A stretch of DNA of 63,988 bases, the filler included, from Catajapyx aquilonaris (Eukaryota), in NCBI GenBank assembly GCA_000934665.2. It is 3 parts of 3 records of this genome, joined end to end, with 100 filler letters (N's around TTAATTAATTAA, not from the genome) between each part and the next. Parts side by side here need not be neighbours in the genome. Positions count along the whole stretch, not along the records: positions 1 to 21,371 come from JYFJ02006064.1; 2 more parts are not named here. One strand, written 5' to 3'. A model generated the notes under the pieces. The model was not told where the DNA came from. It searched no databases and was given only the letters and a program-made list of their open reading frames with translations. Positions 1 to 11,400 of this stretch are shown here, piece by piece (position 1 is the stretch's first letter; each line of letters opens with the position of its first letter). Both the position numbers and the translations under genes were made by a program.

Positions 1-1979
1 CACACTACTCAGCAGGTGCGGTCATCCAGATAAAAAGTCGCAGGTAACACAAGTAGGGGTATTCCCGGCTCGGCCACAAAAGCACGGCTCGAAATAATAA
101 CCGCGGGAGAAACACATCGATATAATTGTAAAAAATAAAACAGCCATTTCACACCGGATCCGTTCACCAACAGGCGCATTTTTTGTCAGCACAGCATCCA
201 AAATGGCGTCAGCACCATCAGTGTGAAAGGGCCTTATAAAACCGGTTTCTTCTCTCGAAAGGAGTTTGTTGCAAAAGCCCAATAAATTTTAGTTAAGTGG
301 ATTTCCCAAACAAAATAAAACGTAAAGAAAAGTGCGCGCAATTAATCGGCCTTTGCAGCTTCGAACCTTGCTTTTGAGCACTGCCAGAGGCAAGAGAAGC
401 CAATGAGTGACACCACGGGATTCCCATTTAACTAAGTTTATTGGGCATCAAAAAGGAGAGAACATAAAAAAGTAAACTACAGTCAAGCACATTGTGGGGG
501 GACTGCAGGGGTAAAAAAGGAGGAAGGAAAAAGGTTTTAAGATTCGGGCAATGGTAGTAACACTGGAAGATATTTTTGTACGTGTTGCACCAGCATTACC
601 ATGCATTTGTGCTGCTTTTTTTCCCCTGCGAGAGACAGCCGGAAAAAAAATAGTGACCAGAAGAATAGGCAGTGCTTGTGTTTTTTTCTTATCAGAGGGA
701 GAAAGAGGATGGGTTGGAATATAAGGCGAGATGTCGCCTGCAGTCTTGACATTAAAACATCGCTTGTGTGACTAGCCCGCCACCGAAAGCCCCTTATTTA
801 TCACTCCCATTATTTATAAAAAAATAAAGCTTCCTCTACAGCATGTTTTCAAACTACTTCGGCTTTCGTTCTCCAAAAGTAAGCAACAACAAATAACAAC
901 CAAAAACAAAGTGAACATCTACTGCCCAAATATCTCTATAATATGCAGGGTTGTTTTTTTTACCAGTCTCAATAAGACGCAACTACTAGCCAAGAAAACT
1001 ACTAGTGCTCACACACAGTGTAGAGTGAACCTACACTATTTTTCCCCAACACCCAAAAATACTATAGGGTTAAGATTAATTTTCGAGTTTCGGTCTTGAA
1101 TATATTAATAATATCTCTCTTTTTGGCTGCTAAGGATTATTATGGTACAAGTGACGAAAAATAGATGGAAAGGTTATGACCTACATTCTTTGGAATATCA
1201 ACAAGACACGTTGAAACTTACGACGCTCACACACACACACATACGATGAAACGAAAAAAAAGTCACGAACCGTAAAACAACACTTAATTAACAGACTGTA
1301 TCTGCAGATACACCTACATTATTTGTTAAGAAACCAACAGTATCATTATTTACGCAGGATCTACTAGCAAAATAACATTACCAACTAAACAACGAATGAA
1401 CCGCTGCCTCACCCGACGCAACGGTGGTCAATGTTGCCTGAGTTATAAATTAATCTCTAAGTTAAATAGTGCACACGACTAGAACTGACTCAAGAAGACT
1501 AGATCGAAAAGTAACTACAGTACAATGTTAATCTGAAATTTGTACCATGCGAAAGTAAATACTGCTTTCATTGAACAACTTCTTTTTCCATCTGTTCCGT
1601 ACCATCAGTCGTTACATATCTTGTGTTCATGACGTGCAATTTCAACGCAATTGTTATTTTAAAATTAAGGCATGAGGTCCCCTTGACATACATTTCACCT
1701 CATCAGTCTCGAAGGAGACGCATCATAATACTGACAGTATTTGCCGAAATATTATTTTTTACAAAGCTCCACATACATGTGCTACTTGTCAAAAAAAAAA
1801 GTTCCGGACATGTATCCTGATGCTATACAACCATTAAAGTTATGATCTTTCCAGGATCTTTATATGTGGTGCTGAAGGTTGTATATAGCATGAGGATACA
1901 TTGTCCGAAACATTTTTGACAAGTACAGCTCGTTCGGAAACAAATTGAACGTTTTCAAAGTGTGCTGAAAAATCGCAGC

Positions 1980-1985
1980 TTTATT
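1980..1985 (-). other. Candidate polyadenylation signal (AATAAA) for the short Ank2 isoform
   Basis: TTTATT on + strand about 120 nt past the read-through stop. Confidence 0.4.
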
Positions 1986-2105
1986 TAAAACCGAACGCTC
2001 TGTCCCTCACTAAATTTTTTTTTCCTCGAATTGTTAAAAATTGGCGAACAGGCGAACGTGCGAAAAAAGAGTCGTGAAATTTTTGAGAGAAAGATCTGGA
2101 TTTGT

Positions 2106-2440
2106 TCACCAGATGACGCAGAAGCGTTTCTTTTTCGGGATGTGATTGACGACGATTTTCTTCATGAGCCAAACGTGCCTGGGCGAGCCGGGTCCCGGTG
2201 GTCGTGGCTTAAACTTGTGTAGGTTTACCTGCAGGCCGACTTTGATCTTCTTGGTCAGCGCCCCCTGTGGGAAGACAGCCTGGACCTGCGGGACCACCGT
2301 GGAGGACACCATCCCTCCCTCGGGACCAATGGCGTGGACCTCCTGCCGTACGCGCGACACGATCGCAAAGTACTGCGGAAAATCCGTCGTCAGGATGCGG
2401 GTGATCCTGTTCGTGTTCAGGTCCTCCAGCTGCTTCAGCT
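2106..2440 (-). CDS. Ank2: Ank2 exon (ELKQLEDL...KIKVGLQ) with intron read-through tail to stop
   Basis: ctgcag| acceptor; internal donor CAG|GTAAAC at 2229/2228; frame stays open for 40 more codons to TGA at 2106-2108. Confidence 0.9.
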
Positions 2441-5400
2441 CTGCAGTAGACACACACAATATTAGGGATTTCAAAACGTAGGCTAAGGAACCCCCATTAA
2501 AGTAAAGTAATGTTTCGGACCTTCCCCGTCGAAGCTCTCGTTGAGCACTTCTTGCACCGCCTCCTCAGTGGCCTCCAATGTGTGTTCCCTCCACGTCTCA
2601 CCGCTGTCAGACCTGAGGATCACAATCTCTCTCTCCTTGCCCCTCAGAGACGCGAAGTGGGGCACTTCGATGATGACTGGCCCCAGGAACTTGGCTCCTG
2701 CAGGTCCCAGCTCCAGGATCCGGGACGCCAGGGCCTCACCTTCCATCAGAGGAGGAGGGTGGCTCAGCTTGTCCTTCTTCAGGTACCGGCAAGTGATGCG
2801 CATGGGCATCGGGGCCTTCCGGGGAGGGATGATCACCCGGACTCCGGAGTGGCGGCACCCTCTCATGGCACCCCCGCGGGCGTCCACCATGAAGCTCACC
2901 AGGAACCTACCCCACAAAATGGCTCGGTTAGCTCGAAACCCTGGGGACTGCAACCAGGTCGCAACAGTCCGGCAGCCAAACCAACAAGTCAGGATTTGCA
3001 TCTACTTAAGGCGGTTCCTAATTGCAACTACCTTCGTGATTAGGAAAAATGCAACTGTCCCAAAACTTGTCCCAAATCCGATCAAATGTTGGTGGAACAA
3101 TCGTCAATCGTTGAACACATCCTTTTCATCGGGAATTGCGGTTATAAACGTTTAGTCGTTTATTAACGTAAACGGAATGTTGATAAACGCCAATTTTTGC
3201 ATATTTTTAAAATCTCCATATATTTTGCTACCATTATTATCGGCAACGCAACCAGGGAGCATATACTACATAAGAGGCGCAAACATTCGATTTCCGCGTC
3301 TCTCTGTTTGGGCCGTTGCCAAGGCTTGCGGCCATTTTGAAGTGTGGGCAACGCCAACGAGGTATAAATAGAGCACAGGCAAAAATAGGATCCGCCATCT
3401 TTGATTCGCGCGTGTTCTTGGCGTGTAGTTCCCATGGCCGCCAAAACCATCAAAGATGGCGGACGCTATTTTTGCCTGTACCCTATTTATACCTCGTTGG
3501 CGTTGCCCACACTTCAAAATGGCCGCCAGCCTTGGTAACGGCCCCAAACAGAGAGACGCGAACATCAAAGGCGCCGACAGAAGTTTGCGCCTCTTATGTA
3601 GTATATGCTCCTTGATGCCACTATGAAACAATACCTTGGGTCACATTTTTTAAAACAAACTTCTAATAGTATTTTTAAAATCTGTAATTATTTTGGTATA
3701 AAAATTTATCGGTAATGCACCAACAATACCTGGGGGATCAAACCAGGATGATTCAATGGAACATCACGAAGGCAGTGCCGCAAGAAACGCCTTATTTCCC
3801 ATACAACAACATCGAGAGGGACGACAACAGCAATACAAACTGTCCACAAAATTAATTAGGTATATAAATGCACACATGCCCAGTACTAAAATGCCAGGAT
3901 TGTTAACGTTAGTTAGTTATCAGCAAGGACATCCCCACAGATGCTACGGGCCCAGAAATATTGTGGATTTAGCTGCCCTTTTTTTTGTGATTTTTGGCGA
4001 TCTCCAGGTTCATTTTAGTTTAAAATATTTTTTTGAGCAGAAAAAAAACCTGGAGAAAGCCAAATATGGTGTCAGAGTTAGGCTACTACGATAAATAGTA
4101 TTTTTGTAAACAATTCAGCCACTTACGTCCTCCACTGCAGCTTCCTGAGGCAGGCGAACGCGGCCAAAGCAAGCAAAAGCAGAAACAAGATGACAGATTG
4201 TTAGTTTGCCTAGTAGATCCTTTGCCTTTGCCTTTAGAGTTATTTCTCTTTCTTTTTTGTCTAGCTACTATCGTTAAAGGGTTAGCAAGGCTCCGGGAGC
4301 ATCCCTTTATTGCCTTTTTTTAAAAATAAAAAAGGCTGTATCCAACAACCCTACTAGTAAAGCCTACATAAAAATTCCCCCATCCTGATTGAGCGATCGG
4401 AAAGGAAATTGAGGAGCATAGAGAAGGAAGGGCCATTCGCCAGATGGGGGACGCCATTTTTTGTAAAGCAATAATTATTATTGTTGTTATAGAAAATGTC
4501 AGGTTGCTTATCATGTTTTTTTCAGTACCAATATGTGCTGTATACTCAACAATTTCAGCTGGAACAGTTACGTACATCAGAGGTCAACAATTTTTCATCG
4601 TCACATACTAAACAACATTAAAAATGGCGTCATCAACCCAACCTGGCGGCAAAGAGTCAGATGCAAAAAAAAAAATTGAAGCGAAGAAGAGTTATGTACG
4701 AAATAAATCCAACTTGAACAAGCCTACCTTGGGCAGCACGTGAGGAAGAATAAGCAGCAACGTGGCTCGGTTTCGAATTACTATTTTTCATGTTTTGTCA
4801 TATCACATATTTTTTGGCGTTATGCAGATGAAAGGCAGGGCAGGAAGAGTAAGCCAATTTTTTTTTGCATGACCTTACCAAATCAACGCCACTTTTTTTT
4901 TGTATAACATAGTGTGTGTGTCCATTTAAAAATTCATGGTAAAATTGAAAGTAGCCAACCTTTCCCGCCACATCCCAGTCGATGTGGAGAGCGCACCCAG
5001 AGAAGCCAGAGACCACTGCAAGCTGCTTAGACTAGCCCTTTTTTTTGTATTTTGAGAGTGTGCGGCGGGCAGGCGTACGGGGAGCAAATTGGGGCCAAAA
5101 CAAACGCAATGAAAAATGTATCGGGCGAGGTACAGGGGTTGGGGGAGGAGAGAAAAAGAGAGAGAAAAAAACATACAAACAAATGAAACCAGGGAATCAT
5201 TACATAAAAAAAATTACACACGATGCATTAAAATTGGCGACCACATAATTAATTACAAATTTCTTCATTTTTTTTGAAAATAGGTAATAAATTAACAGCT
5301 GGCTTGGTTTTCTGTCTGGGGCCAAGCCCAGTCTAATGGACGAATAGGGTTAGTCGACATTTAAAACGAGCAGCAAAATATACCTGGTACTATCGGGGCA

Positions 5401-8400
5401 AACAAGTTCAAGACAACTGCAAATAACATTGCATGAAAATGCAACACTGCCTTTCCAAAAACTTTTTTTTTGAAAAAACAATATGATTTTATTAAATGAA
5501 AACTTAATATTTAAATGACAACTGTCCACAACAAAGTAATTTAACATTTTTAAATATCATATGACACTGCAACAATAATTATTCTTGTTGCAATGTCATA
5601 TGTAATTGTATAGGTAGCATAATTTATGCAATACCCACTGTTGTGGACAGTTGTCATTTAAAAAATTAAGTTTTCATTGAATAATGTCAGCCTGTACTGC
5701 ATACTTCACTTAAATGTAAATTCATAAAATTCGTGCAATTTGCACCTGTGCACGATGGACTAATGATAGTAATTAATTAATTAATGCACATTTTAAGTGG
5801 CTTGGAATCATTCCAAACCAGGCAACAATTACATCCAGAACTTTATGTCCACGATAGTACCTGCAGCCCCACATTTACGAATTAACGTGTTAGGAGGGTG
5901 GAAGCATCTAGTACATGTCTGCATGCTCAATGCCTGCAAAGATAATCAGCATTACGGGGAGTAAGTCATAACATTAATCATGCTGGGTATTTTTCTGCTA
6001 CTTCAAAAAAAAGGTACTTATCACTCTTCCCCCACCACGCATGGATCACAACACAAACGGGAAAACTTCGCCGTTGTCATGCCAGTCAAAAATATTGATA
6101 TTAGACATGACCAAAAAAAAAGGCGAGAGCCGACCCAGCTTTTGCATTTAAAAATTAGTTTTAAAAAATCATGCTCACCCCAACCAAAACAAAAACCAAC
6201 AATTATAAACAAATCCATGCGTATTAACACAAGTACGTTACAAGTAAAAACACATGTAATGTAACAAACCCCCNAACCCCCCCCCCCCCCCCGGCCAGCT
6301 GTGCTTCAAGTTAGAAATCAAAGTTATCAAACTAAAGTTGGTCCACTAGTGTACTTGATCACAAATATATGAAACTGTGCTAGTATAAAAATTCGATACA
6401 AAATTTTGTTTAAAATTTCTAATGTGAGATTTAATAAAAAAATGTATTAGGGATGCGAACAGAGCCGCTAACTTCTCGAGTACTCACCCGATGTGCACCG
6501 GTTGTCTGGACACTTCGATGTTGTCCGGCGCGTATGACGCCGTGAATTGTGCGTACTGTTCTTTGATGTGCTGAGGGCTTATCGAGTCCTCCATGGCCAT
6601 GGCCGGAGCTGGAATTGTTTTTTATGGTGTTAAAGCATAGTCAGAAAATCGACACGATGAAGAAATCAGTTGAAATAATTATGGTCGACCAAATGTGACT
6701 CACCTGTACCGTCCATGGTCATGGACTCCCTGTTCGCGTCTCGTTCGTCTCGTGTGACGTCGATCGGAAGTGAGTCGTCTCCAAGAGACTTCATCTCGTC
6801 CACTGTCAAGTATCTGTAGGAGTGGTCGCCCATCATGTTGTCCTCACCTGATAACCCCCAACCCCGAGAGGTCAGCGATTAGTGAATGAGAACGTATTAG
6901 AGCAGATGACTCAGAGCTGGTTGTGCCATCCTTTTTTTCTTAAAGTCTTTTTTTGACACGAGTCCAGATGTTTCCAACTGGCAAAAGTGCTGATGGCAAT
7001 TACGTCATCGGCACTAATCGTGGAGCAAAAGTAATCCTCGGCTTGTGGCTCCTTGGAGGAAAACGAGCCAGTGTTGTCGAAGAATTGGCAACAACGCTGC
7101 CAGCAATATCAGTAAACACTAGTGTAGGTCAAGGTCATTTCTGCATGGTAAACACTAGCCATTTATTAACTGTTTCCTCTGCACTTTCATCCATGTTGTA
7201 GAGACAACTCTAGTAGTGTCATCAGTGATTCACTGACGCCATCACTAGTTGGCGCTGACTTGGAGGCCATCTTGAGTATGAACATTCAGAGGAAACCATT
7301 TTTAGCCTTTCCTCCAACAGAGACACAAACTTTAGACTACATTTTGAAGCCATCCCGAGGCGGCCTTTAATCCGCTCGAGCTAATCGAATCAGAAACCTG
7401 ATTAAAACAAGACACAACCAACTTAGACATAATCTCATGCCGGGTAAAAGCTGTGGAAACCTAATTTTCGCAAAAAGAACATGGCCTTTCAAAAGAGCGT
7501 GCAAATTTGTAACAAACACAGCAGGTAACTGATAATGGCAAAAAAGAAAACGGGAGGCACGGTGCAATAGTGGGGCAAGACTTACCGGAGAGGCGAAAAA
7601 CTCTAAATAGAATAAAAAAAGCTGCAGTCTGAGCATCAGAGGAGCACGTCACTTCTCTTATTTTGTTTCCATTTGCACTGCACACTCGCTCATACACACA
7701 CACTCACACGTACAATTCTACACACACAGGAATTATTTGCGGACCTGCCAGAAATGTCCTGGCGTCACAGGTGCTGGCCACGCCCTCCTTGCACTCAACT
7801 AGCCGCAATTAGACACGGTTGCACCATTCCAAGTACCGGTAATCTACTTGCAATTGAGGCCATACGGTCACGTATTTTTCTCGTTGCCTGCATACAGGTT
7901 AAGACGTGGCCATTAATCCAATCTCATTTTTATTTATATGCCACTGTCTTACAAATCCTCAAACTTCACTTTTCATGACATTGTATCGGCCTACATAAAG
8001 TGACACAATTATAGGAAAGAAGTGATTGTTAACCATTTTGACAAAAGTAAGATAATGTTAGGCTCAGTCAGGTTATGCGAATTTTTTCTCATTAACATGT
8101 TTCGTTGCTTCTGAAGGTGAGGCGTGACCATCCTGTTGACGTCTGGCTGTCCACTATGTACGACATACGAGGGGTTCAACGTTAGGGGGAGCTGTCAGTA
8201 CTGGTTAGTCTGGGTACCACACAATATCTGCAGTAATAAGCTGCGTCCAAGCTATGCGAACAGACGCTTTGTTTGTTAGTACAGTGTGAGTCGACACGTT
8301 CGTTTTCAGACTCGCTTGTCAAACATCGATCTCATGCTTTGGTCTCGAGGACAGAGAGCGACAAGAATCCATAGGCGGTTTTTGGTTTGTTTTTAAAAAT

Positions 8401-11400
8401 ATATATATATATAATTTTCTTCAATTGTGGTTTGGGTGGGCCAACTTACGGGAGGTGAGGCCGGCCAGGCCCTCAAAGTAAGGCAGGTACACGTGTTGCG
8501 CGTGGGTGGGTTTCCCAAATAAAGTGTCGGTCGTGTCGCAGAGATCCTCTCCTGCGACGTGGGGCGGATCACCAGTGAGGTTAATCGGTCGTCGGAGTAT
8601 TTGTTAGACACACATTTAGTCTTTTGGCGGGGTGTGGTTGGATTCCTAGTTTTTCCAAACCTTTTAAAACCGGCAGCTAACGACAGGTTAAGGTTGGAGA
8701 AACCAGGGGCAATCAAGGGTGATGAGGAAAAGTGACAATCTCACCAACAGACTCGCACACTGACTCCCCAATTAATTAGGCTACAAATTATAAACTGAGG
8801 GGAAAACTAATAAATCGCCATAAGAAAACGCCATTCACAAAACATTGGAGCCAAGCAATCCGGAACGAACTGGAACCTGCCGGGCAGATCTGGGCATATA
8901 TGAGGCCACACCAACAGTATGAATGTAATGAGTCATATTTCCATTGAACCTATTTTAATAGCAGTTTGTGACCAGTCCGTTCTAGGTTTGATTGGCCCAC
9001 CAACAGCATGAGAGAAACCTCTCCATAGAAAACAGCCGTAACTGCAAGCTTTTTTTAAAAAATATTTCAACTTGTACAGTACACTGTAGCCTACTGTTCA
9101 ATGCAGTTACGTTGTTTTTGCATCCTCTCAATTCATCCCCCTTTGAGTCATGATGTGATCGTGCGACTTACCCCCTTCGTCCTCCGAGTCTGACATGAAA
9201 GTCTCCTGCATGGTCTCCGGGGCGACCACCCTGTACTTCTCCTCGACAGTGGTCGTCGTTGTGGTGGTGACCGTGGTCTCCGTGACCACCTTGAGCGTCT
9301 CGACCACGCTGATGTATCCCAGCTTCTGCGCGATGGAGAGGGCCGTCTGCCCCTGCTGGGTGACCGCGTTGGGCTGGGCCTTGTGCTCCAGAAGGAGGTT
9401 GATGATGAGGGAATGCCCTTGCTGGGCCGCCTGGTGCAGAGGGGTGTAGCCCAGGGAGGTGGTGGCGTCCACCTTGGCCCCATGCTGAAGCAGGAACCGG
9501 ACCATGTTCAGCTGCCCAAAGTGGCAAGCCACATGCAGAGGGGTGTATCCGGCCTTGGTATGCGCGTCCACCTCGGCGCCGCTCTTCACCAGCACCGCCG
9601 CCACGTTCACACGGTCCTCCTGCAAGAAACAGCCAAATAGCGCTTTTAAAGTCACTGCTATGTTAAAGTCACTGCTATTTTGAAGTCACTGCTATTTTAA
9701 AAGTCACTGCTATTTTTAAAGTCACTGCTATTTTTAAAGTCACTACTATTTTTAAAGTCACTGCTATTTTTAAAGTCACTCCTATTTTTAAAGTCACTCC
9801 TATTTTTAAAGTCACTCCTATTTTTAAAGTCACTACTATTTTTAAAGTCACTACTATTTTTAAAGTCACTACTATTTTTAAAGTCACTACTATTTTTAAA
9901 GTCACTACTATTTTTAAAGTCACTACTATTTTTGAAGTCACTACTATTTTTAAAGTCACTGCTATTTTTAAAGTCACTGCTATTTTTAAAGTCACTGCTA
10001 TTTTTAAAGTCACTCCTGTTTTTAAAGTCACTGCTATTTTTAAAATCACTGCTATTAATAACTGCTGTTTGATAGCTCATTATAGAGATCATAAACAAGA
10101 TTGTCAAATCGCGCGAGCGTGATTCGAGTAGACTTTTTTTCTCTCATAAATGGCAGCTTACCTGTGCGCAGAGATGCAGGGGCCTGAGCCCGTTCTTGGC
10201 CTTGTGGTTCGGATCTGCCTGGTGCTCCATCAGCAAGGAGGCCATGTCGGTGTGCCCTTCCTGGGCTGCCAGGTGCAATGGGGTGAACCCGGCCTTGGAC
10301 TCTGCGTTGGTCTTGGCCCCGTACTCGAGCAGGGTGGTGGCGATGTCCATCTGGTTCTTCTTGGCAGCTATGTGCAGAGGGGTGTAGCCGTTCTTGGCCG
10401 CCGCGTGGGGAGACGCGCCCTTGTCCAGGAGGAGCAGGGCCACGTTCTGATGGTCGTAGTGACTCGCCACATGGAGAGGGGTCACTCCGTTCTGGAAAAA
10501 AACGACGGGTCAGAGGTTAAGTCCATGTCGAGGTCATAAAAATCGCTATTGGAGGCGCGAAAAGGAGAACGGTCAATCGGCATAATTTAAAGATATTATC
10601 AAGGTCTGCATTCCGCAATGTCTAACTCAATTTCGATCAAAATGTGACTTGGAAGCAGGCTGTATGACTGATAATAAATTTATCGCTGTTGTTAATTGCA
10701 GCAATGAATCCATCATCACCAGTTAATAAATAGATGAAATCTAGGCAGATCTATATCTGAAGTGCAGCCGACACTTTTCAGCTGGCTATTTCCTGATATT
10801 TTCATTAGATATCATGACTACATTCATTGCAATCCACTAATTAAGCAGTGTGCTACACGCGCCACAATATTGTCTGGTACACTTGTTACAAGCATTATTC
10901 TTACTGATGAAAGAGTGCCTTCGTCATATTACAGTCATCTCTGCAATATGTCACACGTCACTGGTTGGTTTGACTTCCTCATCATAAAGTTCGCTTCAAG
11001 AACTGCCAAAGTGAATCTGCTCGTTCAGAACCTTGTAATTTTTAGGTAATCTCCATTGACATATGTACGTTCAAAATAGTCCGCCTCCGTCTGCCAATAA
11101 GATCCGTGTCTCCAGGAGGCTGGTTGCCACAGCTGATCATTCCTCTCCTTCCTTTTTTTTTCTCTCCTTACCTTTCCTTGGGCGTCGACAGGGGCGTCCC
11201 TCTGCAGTAGCAGCTTGGCCACCTTCATGTTGCCGTACTTGGCAGCCAGATGCAGTGGAGTGAAGCCCTTCTTGGTGGTTGAGGTCAGCGACGCCCCGTG
11301 CTCCACCAGTACAGACGCCACCTGCCAGGCACAACCAATCACTCACACACCACACCACCACTTAAATTGTGTCTATCTTAATAAACACCCAGTCAAATTG

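Noticed and set aside
1..1900. Downstream Ank2 exons (rest of second ZU5, UPA, giant exon)
   Set aside because: No matching coding sequence seen; AT-rich UTR/intron character, so they must lie outside the window
4728..4780. Extra Ank2 cassette exon (donor AAG|GTAGGC)
   Set aside because: 53 nt and not frame-preserving with the nearest acceptor, which has a poor pyrimidine tract
9644..10054. CRISPR-like array
   Set aside because: Units are contiguous with no unique spacers; eukaryotic intron; no cas genes
9675..10107. 124-aa and 136-aa repetitive ORFs (TLKIAV)n / (DFKNSS)n
   Set aside because: Translation of the 18-bp intronic minisatellite; no start context or splice support
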